NCBI GenBank assembly: GCA_964507405.1
Contig: CAZDPJ010000002.1
Span: forward strand, 13,233-77,232
DNA from: an uncultured Staphylococcaceae bacterium
GTDB lineage: Bacteria > Bacillota_I > Bacilli_A > ML615J-28 > CAG-313
Reading direction: 5' to 3'
DNA length: 64,000 nucleotides
Shown: positions 55,881-64,000 of the stretch, piece after piece
Layout: every line of letters begins with the position of its first letter
Position numbering within the stretch: position 1 is the first letter of the stretch
Notes under the pieces: generated by a model
Database searches by the model: none
Seen by the model: the letters and a program-made list of their open reading frames with translations, nothing else
Told to the model about the DNA's origin: nothing
Position numbers and translations under genes: made by a program

Positions 55881-58535
55881 ATGAAAAACATTTTAAAGAA
55901 ATTATATATTTTTGTATTTGTTGTAATTTGTGCTTTCGCAACTTCGAGTTGTAAAAGTTGTAAAGAAGAAGAAACTCCAGTAACTAAATATTTCGATAAT
56001 GAAAATGATGCTTTAGTATTTTCTTCTCAAGCTGTAGATAAAGTATTTAATCCATTCTTCTCAACAACAGGAGCTGACAGTAATGTTGTTGGTATGACAC
56101 AAATGGGATTAATTGGAAATGATTCAAAAGGTAATTATACATATGGTGATTCTGAAGCAGTTATTGCGAAAGACCTTGAAATATTTACAGAACCTGATGG
56201 TAATTATACTACTTATAAATTTGTTTTAAAGAATAATGTTAAATTCTCAAATGGTTCTGCTTTAACAATTAAAGATGTTTTATTTAACCTTTATGTATAT
56301 CTTGACCCTGTATATACTGGTTCATCAACAATCTATTCTACAGAAATTGTTGGTTTACAAGAATATCGTACTCAAGAAGAAGATGAATCTGAACAAGAAA
56401 GTTTTAAAGACCAATTTAATACAAAAGCTCATGCTAGAGTTACAGCTTTAAAAGCAGCCGCAACAGAAATATTAAAAGATAAAACTTTAGATGAAGATGG
56501 CTTTATTGAAAAACTTAATACTTATCAAGAAAGTCATGGTGAAGCATATAAAAATATTGTTGAAGACTATAAACAAGCAAAAAAACTTTTCACTGATGAA
56601 TTAGAAAATGACTATTCAAATTCAATTGATTCATGGGCTGATACGGTATTTAAAGATGAAGACGGTAAAATTTATAAAGGCTTAGGTGATGTGGCTAACA
56701 ATGTTGGTCAAGCATTTACAACAGATGTTGAAGTGTTCTTATATAACGAAGGCTATATTACTTGGAATAAAAAAGAAGCTAAATTTGAAACTACTTTATC
56801 AGTAAATGACCCTGCTGAATTTAAAAATACAAGTGTATGGACAAAAGAAAAAGCAATTCAAGAAATTTTATTTGATAAAATTCCTGATGATATTAATGAA
56901 ATCTTAACTTATTGGGCTACAGCCTCTGAATTATTTAATTATCTTTCTAATGTTGAAATGGAAGAATATTATAAAGATGGTTCAACAAGAAAATTTAATA
57001 ATATTTCAGGTATCCAATTTGCAAATCGCTTAGCACCTATTACAGTAAATGGTGTTGAATATGCAGTTCCTGAATATGATACTGCAGGTAATCTTGTAAG
57101 TGGAAATGAAGTATTAACTATTAAGATTAAGAAAATTGACCCTAAAGCAATTTGGAACTTTGCTTTTGCGGTTGCACCTATGTATTATTATTCTGATGAA
57201 GCACATATCAATGCATTTGATTTTGAAAAGAATTTTGGTGTTGAATATGGTTCAGTTGAATTTATGAATAATGTTGTTAAGAATCCTGCTCGTATAGGTG
57301 TTCCAGTAGGTGCTGGTGCTTATGCAGCAAGTAAAGCAAGTGGTGGAATTGATAATATTGAAGCTGGTGATTTCTATAATTTAGGTGTTATTTATTTTGA
57401 AAGAAATCCTTATTATGTAATGGGTACACCTACAATTAAAAAAGTACGTTTTAGTGTTGTATCTGAAAATCAAATGTTAGATACTTTATATGCTGGTGGT
57501 ATTGACTTTATTGAACCAAATGCAAGTCCTGATACAATTGCTGAACTTGCTGGTAAAGTTAATGAAGGCATTAGTTATGAAAAAATTCAAGCATCTGGCT
57601 ATGGTTACATTGGTATCAATGCTAAATATGTTCAAGATATAGAAGTAAGACAAGCTATAATGCATGCTATTAATATTGATGAATGTGTTAAATATTATAA
57701 TGGCGATGCACAACCAATTTATCGTTCAATGTCAAGATCTAGTTGGGCTTATCCTGAACATGCAACATCATATTATCCTTATGTTGGTTCACCTGTTCCT
57801 AACAAAACTGTTTTAAATAATGTAAGTAGTTATTATAAAGACTATGTTCTTAATGAAGGCTTTAAAGAAGGCTATGTAATGGATCGAAATGAACAAATTG
57901 CATATCTTCAATCATTAGTTGAACTTGCTGGATATAAGAAAAATGCCAATGGTGTTTATCAAAAAGGCGATAAGATTTTAAGATATACATTTACAATTGC
58001 TGGTCAAGAAACTGACCACCCAGCTTATAATGCATTACTTCATGCTAAAGAAATATTAAATGAAGCTGGATTTGAAATAGATGTTAAGACTGATGCACAA
58101 GCATTAAAGAAACTAAATGATGGTAAATTAACTGTATGGGCAGCCGCATGGGGCTCAACTATTGACCCTGATATGTATCAAGTATATCATAAAGAATCAC
58201 GTGCAACATCAGTTAAAAACTGGGGTTATGATGCAATTATTGCTAATAATGGTGGTGAATATGATGAGGAAGTTGAAATCCTTGATTATTTATCTGAATT
58301 AATTGAAAAAGCTCGTGAAACAGATAATCAAGCTAATCGTGAAACAATTTATGAAAGAGCATTAGATGAAGTTATGAAACTTGCAATTGAACTTCCAACA
58401 TATCAAAGAAATGATTTATTTGCATACAATTCTAGCAAAATTGATGCATCTTCACTTACACCAAAATCAGAGTTAAGTCCATATAAAGGATTAACTAGTG
58501 ATATGTGGAAAGTGTCATTAAATGTTGAAAAATAA
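55881..58535 (+). CDS. Oversized (884 aa) family-5 peptide/oligopeptide-binding lipoprotein
   Basis: Lipobox AFATSSC. SBP_bac_5-like blocks (YKFVLKNNVKFSNGSALTIKDVLFN, GYIGINA, WGSTIDPDMYQVYH) interrupted by a ~200-aa insert. Confidence 0.8.
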   Translation: MKNILKKLYIFVFVVICAFATSSCKSCKEEETPVTKYFDNENDALVFSSQAVDKVFNPFFSTTGADSNVVGMTQMGLIGNDSKGNYTYGDSEAVIAKDLEIFTEPDGNYTTYKFVLKNNVKFSNGSALTIKDVLFNLYVYLDPVYTGSSTIYSTEIVGLQEYRTQEEDESEQESFKDQFNTKAHARVTALKAAATEILKDKTLDEDGFIEKLNTYQESHGEAYKNIVEDYKQAKKLFTDELENDYSNSIDSWADTVFKDEDGKIYKGLGDVANNVGQAFTTDVEVFLYNEGYITWNKKEAKFETTLSVNDPAEFKNTSVWTKEKAIQEILFDKIPDDINEILTYWATASELFNYLSNVEMEEYYKDGSTRKFNNISGIQFANRLAPITVNGVEYAVPEYDTAGNLVSGNEVLTIKIKKIDPKAIWNFAFAVAPMYYYSDEAHINAFDFEKNFGVEYGSVEFMNNVVKNPARIGVPVGAGAYAASKASGGIDNIEAGDFYNLGVIYFERNPYYVMGTPTIKKVRFSVVSENQMLDTLYAGGIDFIEPNASPDTIAELAGKVNEGISYEKIQASGYGYIGINAKYVQDIEVRQAIMHAINIDECVKYYNGDAQPIYRSMSRSSWAYPEHATSYYPYVGSPVPNKTVLNNVSSYYKDYVLNEGFKEGYVMDRNEQIAYLQSLVELAGYKKNANGVYQKGDKILRYTFTIAGQETDHPAYNALLHAKEILNEAGFEIDVKTDAQALKKLNDGKLTVWAAAWGSTIDPDMYQVYHKESRATSVKNWGYDAIIANNGGEYDEEVEILDYLSELIEKARETDNQANRETIYERALDEVMKLAIELPTYQRNDLFAYNSSKIDASSLTPKSELSPYKGLTSDMWKVSLNVEK

Positions 58536-58544
58536 TAGAAATGG

Positions 58545-58582
58545 TTGGAAACGCTAAATTTATTATATGCGTTTCCAATTTC
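58545..58582 (+). promoter_or_regulatory. Intercistronic stem-loop after the binding-protein gene
   Basis: Perfect 10-bp stem TTGGAAACGC / GCGTTTCCAA with a 14-nt loop, followed by TTTC. Confidence 0.7.
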
Positions 58583-58598
58583 TAAAAAGGAGATTGAA

Positions 58599-59606
58599 AT
58601 GTTTAAATATATAATTAAAAGATTGCTGATTTCCATAATAATTTTACTAGGTGTTTCACTTATTATATATTCTCTAGTAAGACTAATGCCAAACAATTAT
58701 GTTGAATCTAAATATGCTGAACAATTATCGCAAGGTACTTTAACTGAAGCAGATATTCAACATTTTAAAGAATTATATGGAATAGGTGATGATTCATTTA
58801 AAGGTATTGTAGGTGGATATTTTAAATGGTTAGGAAATCTTTGTAAAGGTGACTTAGGTACTTCTTTTAAATATGAAAAACCGGTCGCAACAGTTATAAC
58901 AGAAAATATGTGGATTTCATTTGCAATAGCAATAATAGCTACCATCTTACAGTTTTTGATAGCTATTCCGCTGGGGATATCAAGTGCAACCCATCAATAT
59001 TCAATTAGAGATTATACTGTTACTGTGTTTACGATGATTGGTATTTCACTCCCAACATATTTCTTCGCAGCAATAGTAATTAAAATCTTTTCTGTAAATT
59101 TAGGTTGGTTACCTGCTAATGGTTTAATATCTCCAACCGCAAACTACGCAGCAAATTGTGCTGGTTCATTCCAAAAGTTTGGTGATATTTTAAAACACTT
59201 AGTTTTACCTATTTTTGTTAGTGTAATTTTATCAATTGGTGGTTTAATGCGTTATACTAGAACTAATACTTTAGAAGTATTAGGTGCTGATTATATTCGT
59301 ACTGCTCGTGCAAAGGGTTTATCAGAAAATAAAGTTATTTATAAACATGCTTTTAGAAATACAATGATTCCCCTTGTAACATTACTTGCGGGGATACTAC
59401 CTTCATTATTTGGTGGTATGATGATTACCGAAGAAGTATTTTCAATTGATGGAATTGGTCGACTTGCTTATAATGCCCTAATGGAAGGCGATATTCCATT
59501 TGTTATGGGATATAATATGTTTTTAGCAGTTCTTACAGTTATTGGAACACTATTATCTGATTTAATGTATTCAATAGTTGATCCAAGAGTTAAACTTGGA
59601 AAGTAG
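58599..59606 (+). CDS. oppB: Oligopeptide ABC transporter permease (OppB/DppB type)
   Basis: ATG at 58599 follows SD aaaggag. MFKYIIKRLL.. N-terminus. EAA-like loop YIRTARAKGLSE..V..KHAFRN. Confidence 0.9.
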   Translation: MFKYIIKRLLISIIILLGVSLIIYSLVRLMPNNYVESKYAEQLSQGTLTEADIQHFKELYGIGDDSFKGIVGGYFKWLGNLCKGDLGTSFKYEKPVATVITENMWISFAIAIIATILQFLIAIPLGISSATHQYSIRDYTVTVFTMIGISLPTYFFAAIVIKIFSVNLGWLPANGLISPTANYAANCAGSFQKFGDILKHLVLPIFVSVILSIGGLMRYTRTNTLEVLGADYIRTARAKGLSENKVIYKHAFRNTMIPLVTLLAGILPSLFGGMMITEEVFSIDGIGRLAYNALMEGDIPFVMGYNMFLAVLTVIGTLLSDLMYSIVDPRVKLGK

Positions 59607-59873
59607 GTGAGAAGAATGTTGATAGTTTTATTAATATTAATACCTTCTTTAATACTTATTATTACTCCTTTAGTTTTAAAGTTAATAAATGTGATTAAAG
59701 AATATAAAAAAGAAATTAAAAAAATTGAAACTACTGTTGTTAAAAAAGAAGAAATAATAATTAAAAAGAATGTTAATACAAAAGATAAATTATTTATAAA
59801 AATGAAACAAGCAGAAAATGATAATCCCCTAGAGATTAATGTTTCAAAAATAGCAGAAGAAGGAAAGTAGGTG
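59598..59873. repeat. 12-nt direct repeat GGAAAGTAGGTG at 59598-59609 and 59862-59873, bracketing a 264-bp insert
   Basis: Both copies read directly. Each supplies ..GK-stop plus the SD (AGGTG) for the next cistron. Confidence 0.9.
59616..59870 (+). CDS. Micro-protein inserted between oppB and oppC (84 aa: one TM helix + Lys/Glu/Ile-rich tail)
   Basis: ATG 5-6 nt after AGGTGA. MLIVLLILIPSLILIITPLVL then KEYKKEIKKIETTVVKKEEIIIKK... Confidence 0.5.
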   Translation: MLIVLLILIPSLILIITPLVLKLINVIKEYKKEIKKIETTVVKKEEIIIKKNVNTKDKLFIKMKQAENDNPLEINVSKIAEEGK

Positions 59874-59879
59874 TAATGA

Positions 59880-60953
59880 ATGGAAACAGAAAACAATAAT
59901 CTAAATGAAAATCCTACGCTTACTGATGAGGTTAATACAGAATCAATAGAAGAAACTTATAAAGAAATGAGTCCAATACGACTTGTACTTAGAAGATTCT
60001 TTCGTTCTAAATTATCAATTGTGGGAATTGTAATGATTGTCTTCTTATTCTTATTTTCTTTCTTAGGCCCGGTTATTTATTCTAAATGGGGTGAAGAAGA
60101 AGTTGATAGAAGTACAGTATATAAAGAAACTTCAGAAATGATTACTTATGTTGATGAAAATGGTGTTGAACAAATTGTTCAAGAAGTTGTCACAATTGAA
60201 CATTCATATAATCAATATGCAAGTCCTAGTAAAGACCATTTACTTGGAACTGACGAACATGGAATGGATGTCTTTACACGATTAATGTATGGTGGTAGAA
60301 TCTCACTTGCAATTGGTTTTATTGTTGTAATTTTAGAAACTATAATTGGTATAATTCTTGGTAGCATTGCTGGATATTGTGGCGGATGGGTTGACCAAAT
60401 TATAATGCGAATAGTTGATATATTTAACTGTATACCAACTTTACCTATCTTACTTATTGCCTCAGCCATCATTGATGCTAGGTTCAATGTTGAAATGGGA
60501 ACCGCAATAAGTTCTACACAAAGAATATATATTTTAATGGTAATAATTACAATATTTAGTTGGAGTGGTGTTGCAAGACTTGTTCGTGGTCAAATTCTTG
60601 CTTTAAGAGAACAAGAATATATTACCGCAACAGAAGTTATGGGTCTTCCAACATGGCGTAAAATATTAAAACATTTAGTTCCAAATGTAATGCCTCAATT
60701 AATAGTTTCAATGACACTTGGTTTAGGTAGTGTAATTTTATATGAATCAACACTTAGTTATTTAGGTCTTGGTGTTCAACTTCCTAAAGCAGCATGGGGT
60801 ACAATGATTGCCGCATCTAAAACAAGAGAAGTACTTCAATATCATACTAATGTGTGGTTACCTGCGGGTATTATGATTGTTATTGCGGTACTTGGATTCA
60901 ACTTCCTTGGTGACAGTCTAAGAGATGCGATGGATCCAAAGGCGAAGAAGTAG
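59880..60953 (+). CDS. oppC: Oligopeptide ABC transporter permease (OppC/DppC type)
   Basis: Long N-terminal region, HLLGTDEHGMDVFTR motif, EAA-like loop YITATEVMGLPTWRKILKH. Confidence 0.9.
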   Translation: METENNNLNENPTLTDEVNTESIEETYKEMSPIRLVLRRFFRSKLSIVGIVMIVFLFLFSFLGPVIYSKWGEEEVDRSTVYKETSEMITYVDENGVEQIVQEVVTIEHSYNQYASPSKDHLLGTDEHGMDVFTRLMYGGRISLAIGFIVVILETIIGIILGSIAGYCGGWVDQIIMRIVDIFNCIPTLPILLIASAIIDARFNVEMGTAISSTQRIYILMVIITIFSWSGVARLVRGQILALREQEYITATEVMGLPTWRKILKHLVPNVMPQLIVSMTLGLGSVILYESTLSYLGLGVQLPKAAWGTMIAASKTREVLQYHTNVWLPAGIMIVIAVLGFNFLGDSLRDAMDPKAKK

Positions 60954-60962
60954 GTGGTTTAT

Positions 60963-62141
60963 ATGAAAGAAACTAAAAAATCTTCAAATTATATTACAAT
61001 AAAAGAAAGTAGAAAGATTATTAAGTATAACATTAAACAAATGAAGTATTATGAATCACTTAAAAAACAAAATAAAACTGTTGATGAATATACTTCCATT
61101 ATGAAAGATGAAAATAATTTAATTGAAATCGATAATCTTAAGACTTGTTTCTTTACTGATAATGGTACAGTTATGAGTGTTAATGGCGTATCCTTTAACA
61201 TTCCTAAAAATAAAATAATTGGTGTGGTAGGTGAATCTGGTTGTGGTAAAAGCGTTACTTCTCTTTCTATAATGCAATTAGTTCAAGCCCCTCAAGGCCA
61301 AGTTATTGATGGTGAAATTAGATATAATACAGATGATCTTGGACGAAATAATCTTAATCAAAAACTTGCGTATGATATAACTAAAATGCCAACCAAAGAA
61401 ATGTATAAAATTCGTGGTAAAGATATTACAATGATTTTCCAAGAACCTATGACTAGTTTAAATCCTGTATTTACAATTGGTTATCAATTAGATGAAGTAT
61501 CATTTATTCATACTCCGTCAATCACAAAAGAAGAAGCTAAACAACATAGTATTGAAATGTTAAAAAAAGTTGGTATTTCAATGCCAGAACATGTATATAA
61601 ATCATATCCTCATGAATTATCAGGAGGTATGAGACAAAGAGTAATGATTGCAATGGCTTTAGTCGGAAATCCTAAATTAATTATTGCTGATGAACCTACA
61701 ACTGCACTTGATGTTACTATTCAAGCTCAAATCCTAGAATTATTAAAAGAATTACAAAAAGAACAAGGTTGTTCAATTATGTTAATTACTCATGACCTTG
61801 GTGTTATTGCGGAGATGGCAGATGAAGTTGTAGTTATGTATGCTGGACGTGTAATTGAAAAAGGAACTGCTCATGAAATATTCCATAATCCATTACATCC
61901 TTATACAATTGGATTACAAAAGTCTAAACCTTTAATTACTTCAAGTTCAACAGAACCTTTATATTCAATACCTGGTCAAGTACCTAATCCAATTAATTTA
62001 CCTAATACTTGTTACTTTAAAAATAGATGTAATAAATGTATTAATAAATGTAATAATGATTATCCATATGAAATTAAAGTTAGTGATACTCATTATGTAT
62101 CTTGTTATTTATATAGTGAGGAGGTAAAAGAAAATGAATAA
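60963..62141 (+). CDS. oppD: Oligopeptide ABC transporter ATPase OppD with a Lys-rich N-terminal extension
   Basis: ATG at 60963 follows SD aggtgg. Walker A GESGCGKS, signature LSGGMRQR, Walker B IADEPTTALD, C-terminal Cys cluster. Confidence 0.9.
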   Translation: MKETKKSSNYITIKESRKIIKYNIKQMKYYESLKKQNKTVDEYTSIMKDENNLIEIDNLKTCFFTDNGTVMSVNGVSFNIPKNKIIGVVGESGCGKSVTSLSIMQLVQAPQGQVIDGEIRYNTDDLGRNNLNQKLAYDITKMPTKEMYKIRGKDITMIFQEPMTSLNPVFTIGYQLDEVSFIHTPSITKEEAKQHSIEMLKKVGISMPEHVYKSYPHELSGGMRQRVMIAMALVGNPKLIIADEPTTALDVTIQAQILELLKELQKEQGCSIMLITHDLGVIAEMADEVVVMYAGRVIEKGTAHEIFHNPLHPYTIGLQKSKPLITSSSTEPLYSIPGQVPNPINLPNTCYFKNRCNKCINKCNNDYPYEIKVSDTHYVSCYLYSEEVKENE

Positions 62142-63237
62142 TCCTGAAAATAAACAGTTTGATACTCCTCAAACTACCAAGATGCTTGAAGTTAAAAATT
62201 TAAAGAAATATTTTCCATTAAATAAAAACTTTTTTGGAAAAGCACAATCTTATTTAAAAGCTGTTGATAATATTACTTTTGATGTTGAAAAAGGACAAAC
62301 AATTGGAATTGTTGGTGAATCAGGATGTGGCAAAACAACCCTTGGTCGTACAATTCTAAAGTTATATGAAAGTGACGGCGGACAAATAATTTTTAATGGT
62401 ATTGATATAACTGATATTAAGAAAAAACAAATGCGAAAATATCGTACCGATATTCAGTTAATATTCCAAGACCCTTATTCTAGTTTACCACCTAGAATGA
62501 CGGTTGGAAGTATTATTGCTGAAGCTGTTAAAGTACATAAGATTGTACCTAAAGAAAAAGTAAGAGAATATGTTTACGATATTATGAAAAAATGTGGTTT
62601 ACAACCTCAATATTATGATCGTTATCCTCATGAATTTTCTGGTGGTCAACGTCAAAGAATTTGTATAGCAAGAGCGCTTGCGGTTAAACCTAAACTTGTT
62701 ATATGTGATGAACCTGTTAGCGCCCTAGATGTATCAATTCAAGCCCAAATTATAAATTTATTAAAAGAATTACAACAAACAATGGGATTTACTTATGTCT
62801 TTATATCTCATGATTTATCGGTTGTTAAATATATTACTGATAAGATTTTAGTTATGTATTTAGGAAATACAATGGAACTTGGGAAAACTGATGAAATATT
62901 TGATAATCCTTTACATCCTTATACTAAGGCTTTGTTCTCAGCTGTACCTGTTCCAGATCCTGATATAAAAATGCAAAGAATTATTTTAAAAGGCGATATT
63001 CCATCACCTGCTAATCCTCCAAAGGGATGTAAATTCCATACAAGATGTTCAGAATGCATGAATGTATGTAAGTATAAGAATCCTGAATATATAGAAGCTA
63101 AACCTGATCATTTTGTTGCTTGTCATTTATATAATTCAGAAATAATGAATAATTTAGATTATTATAATGAAGAGTATGAAAGATTAGAGAAAGAATCAAA
63201 AGAAAAAGAAAAAGAAAATGAAAAAGAAAAAAGATAA
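62134..63237 (+). CDS. oppF: Oligopeptide ABC transporter ATPase OppF with a KEKEKENEKEK tail
   Basis: Walker A GESGCGKTT, signature FSGGQRQR, Walker B ICDEPVSALD, C-terminal CKFHTRC..C motif. Overlaps oppD by 8 nt. Confidence 0.92.
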   Translation: MNNPENKQFDTPQTTKMLEVKNLKKYFPLNKNFFGKAQSYLKAVDNITFDVEKGQTIGIVGESGCGKTTLGRTILKLYESDGGQIIFNGIDITDIKKKQMRKYRTDIQLIFQDPYSSLPPRMTVGSIIAEAVKVHKIVPKEKVREYVYDIMKKCGLQPQYYDRYPHEFSGGQRQRICIARALAVKPKLVICDEPVSALDVSIQAQIINLLKELQQTMGFTYVFISHDLSVVKYITDKILVMYLGNTMELGKTDEIFDNPLHPYTKALFSAVPVPDPDIKMQRIILKGDIPSPANPPKGCKFHTRCSECMNVCKYKNPEYIEAKPDHFVACHLYNSEIMNNLDYYNEEYERLEKESKEKEKENEKEKR

Positions 63238-63445
63238 ATATATTGATGATGGCCATACGATTTACAATATGGATGTTGATGGTATGCCACATAGAAGAGT
63301 TCATAAAAATGATGGAATAGAATTAACAAAAAAAGAAAGAAGAGCTTTACAGTTAGCCGCATTACTTCATTATTTACCAATATTATTTGGAGTAATACTT
63401 TGTTTTACAATTGCTATTTTATTAATATTTTTATGGCTTAAATAA
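63218..63445 (+). CDS. Small tail-anchored membrane protein (75 aa)
   Basis: Overlaps the oppF 3' end by 20 nt. Basic N-terminus and C-terminal TM helix LPILFGVILCFTIAILLIFLWL. SD weak. Confidence 0.45.
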   Translation: MKKKKDKYIDDGHTIYNMDVDGMPHRRVHKNDGIELTKKERRALQLAALLHYLPILFGVILCFTIAILLIFLWLK

Positions 63446-63465
63446 ATTTTTAGGAAGGAGATAAC

Positions 63466-64000
63466 ATGCGAAAGAAAATTCTTACTGCCTTGATGCTTGT
63501 ACTTACTATTTTTACTTGTACTGCTTGTGCTCAAACTAAAGATACACCCGTTGAAAATAGTAATCCTCAAAAGTTACAAATATTAAAGAGTGATTTAAAA
63601 CTTACTCAAGAACAAGTAATGTCACAAATTAAGGCAGAACATTTAATAGAAAATAATGGATATTTAGATAATGATGAAGTAGTAACAATTATAACGCTTA
63701 ATACTCCATCATTAATGGATAATTATTTAGATTTTGGATATTTGACATATAAATCAGTATCTGAATATGCGCTTTCTAATCAAGGTAAAATTGATACGAA
63801 AAAAATAGAAGCAGAACAAAATCAAATAATTAATGAATTAATGCAAGATAATTTAATTGATAGTGTTCAATATAAGTATGGAACAATCCTTAATGGTATT
63901 GCTGTAAAAACAACATATAAAAACTTTGAAAAACTATCAAATAATAAAAATATTAAATCTACTATTTTATCTGATACTTATAACTTACCACAAGCTTCAA
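63466..64000 (+). CDS. Lipoprotein, N-terminal part, resembling the propeptide (inhibitor I9-like) region of an S8 subtilisin-type peptidase (3' end beyond the window)
   Basis: SD ggaaggag. Lipobox IFTCTAC. VTIITLNTPSL....EQNQIINEL....YKYGTILNGIAVKTTYKNFEKL....IKSTILSDTY follows the usual S8 pro-region pattern. No stop before 64000. Confidence 0.5.
   Translation, partial: MRKKILTALMLVLTIFTCTACAQTKDTPVENSNPQKLQILKSDLKLTQEQVMSQIKAEHLIENNGYLDNDEVVTIITLNTPSLMDNYLDFGYLTYKSVSEYALSNQGKIDTKKIEAEQNQIINELMQDNLIDSVQYKYGTILNGIAVKTTYKNFEKLSNNKNIKSTILSDTYNLPQAS

Noticed and set aside
18783-58598. N-terminal extensions in the ORF track: 14852, 18783, 21799, 22947, 37322, 40408, 44931, 47896, 58545, 59607, 60954
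   Set aside because: In each case an internal ATG or TTG has a properly spaced SD and yields the family-typical N-terminus. The extension either lacks an SD or runs through a terminator or the upstream gene.
63180-63237. Purine-rich AAAGAAAAAG repeat as a microsatellite or regulatory repeat
   Set aside because: It is simply the coding sequence of the KEKEKENEKEK tail of OppF. It is imperfect and in frame.
3460-63570. About 25 minus-strand or overlapping track ORFs of 60-151 aa. Examples: 3460-3705, 6571-6765, 8194-8382, 16220-16429, 17105-17287, 18465-18671, 18668-18892, 23454-23708, 26702-27157, 27452-27652, 29339-29548, 29729-29914, 32150-32344, 37423-37713, 38416-38670, 41470-41664, 46178-46369, 50521-50733, 54550-54753, 57486-57713, 58403-58696, 58757-58945, 59468-59896, 60212-60487, 63098-63304, 63162-63380, 63370-63570.
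   Set aside because: Each lies antisense to, or overlaps, a gene with strong family motifs, or sits in AT-rich intergenic DNA. Their products are Ile/Leu/Phe/Lys/Asn low-complexity strings, as expected from AT-rich antisense frames. None has a convincing SD.
1-64000. Alternative genetic code (Mollicutes-type TGA = Trp), considered because of the extreme AT content and Mollicutes-like Opp features
   Set aside because: TGA terminates normal-length genes, for example the MarR gene at 33565-33567 with an ATGA overlap. Trp positions in conserved motifs are TGG, and long ORFs are intact under the standard code.
1-64000. CRISPR arrays, rRNA/tRNA genes, IS elements, integrases, prophage or defence-system genes
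   Set aside because: I found no regularly spaced repeats, no tRNA-like or rRNA-like conserved stretches in intergenic regions, and no transposase, recombinase, nuclease-NTPase or toxin-antitoxin-type proteins among the translated ORFs. Intergenic regions are short and are accounted for by promoters and terminators.

Overview
64-kb core-chromosome window from a very AT-rich endospore-forming Firmicute that uses the standard code: TGA is a stop (for example the ATGA stop/start overlap at 33564-33567) and Trp is TGG. I support about 57 protein-coding genes. All but five are on the + strand; the exceptions are a tiny YjcZ-like ORF, a DtxR/MntR-family repressor, a pseudouridine synthase, holA and recU. 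I saw no rRNA, tRNA, CRISPR array, transposase, integrase or phage gene.

Several blocks follow Bacillus-like synteny as I recall it: ychF-cca-yhaM; walJ-like-rlmH; uvrB / mnmA-recD2; comEA-comEC ... rpsT / holA / gpr; pgsA-recA ... rny-ymdB-spoVS ... miaB-cotE.

Sporulation markers are gpr, spoVS, cotE, a LysM coat-like protein and an unannotated YjcZ-type micro-ORF.

The parts not explained by housekeeping are these:
1. Two tandem giant PrsA/SurA-like surface proteins (3488-9415).
2. A membrane-tethered XRE regulator with seven TM helices and an extracytoplasmic DUF4097 domain (25725-27383).
3. An envelope block of about 11.6 kb between rpsT and holA. It holds an orphan histidine kinase, a 998-aa mosaic Cthe_2159-like lipoprotein, a galU-marR-GT4-acyltransferase glycolipid-type module and a heterodimeric ABC exporter with one degenerate ATP site.
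4. Tandem, translationally coupled mgtE paralogs.
5. An expanded Opp locus (54739-64000) with an extra surface lipoprotein and an oversized binding protein. It also has a 264-bp intra-operon insertion flanked by a 12-nt direct repeat that encodes a micro-protein, a second micro-ORF, and a downstream probable S8 protease.

Two homopolymer A-tract frame anomalies (10478-10484 and 25718-25725) are flagged. All function calls rest on motifs read by eye and on remembered family signatures. No searches were run.
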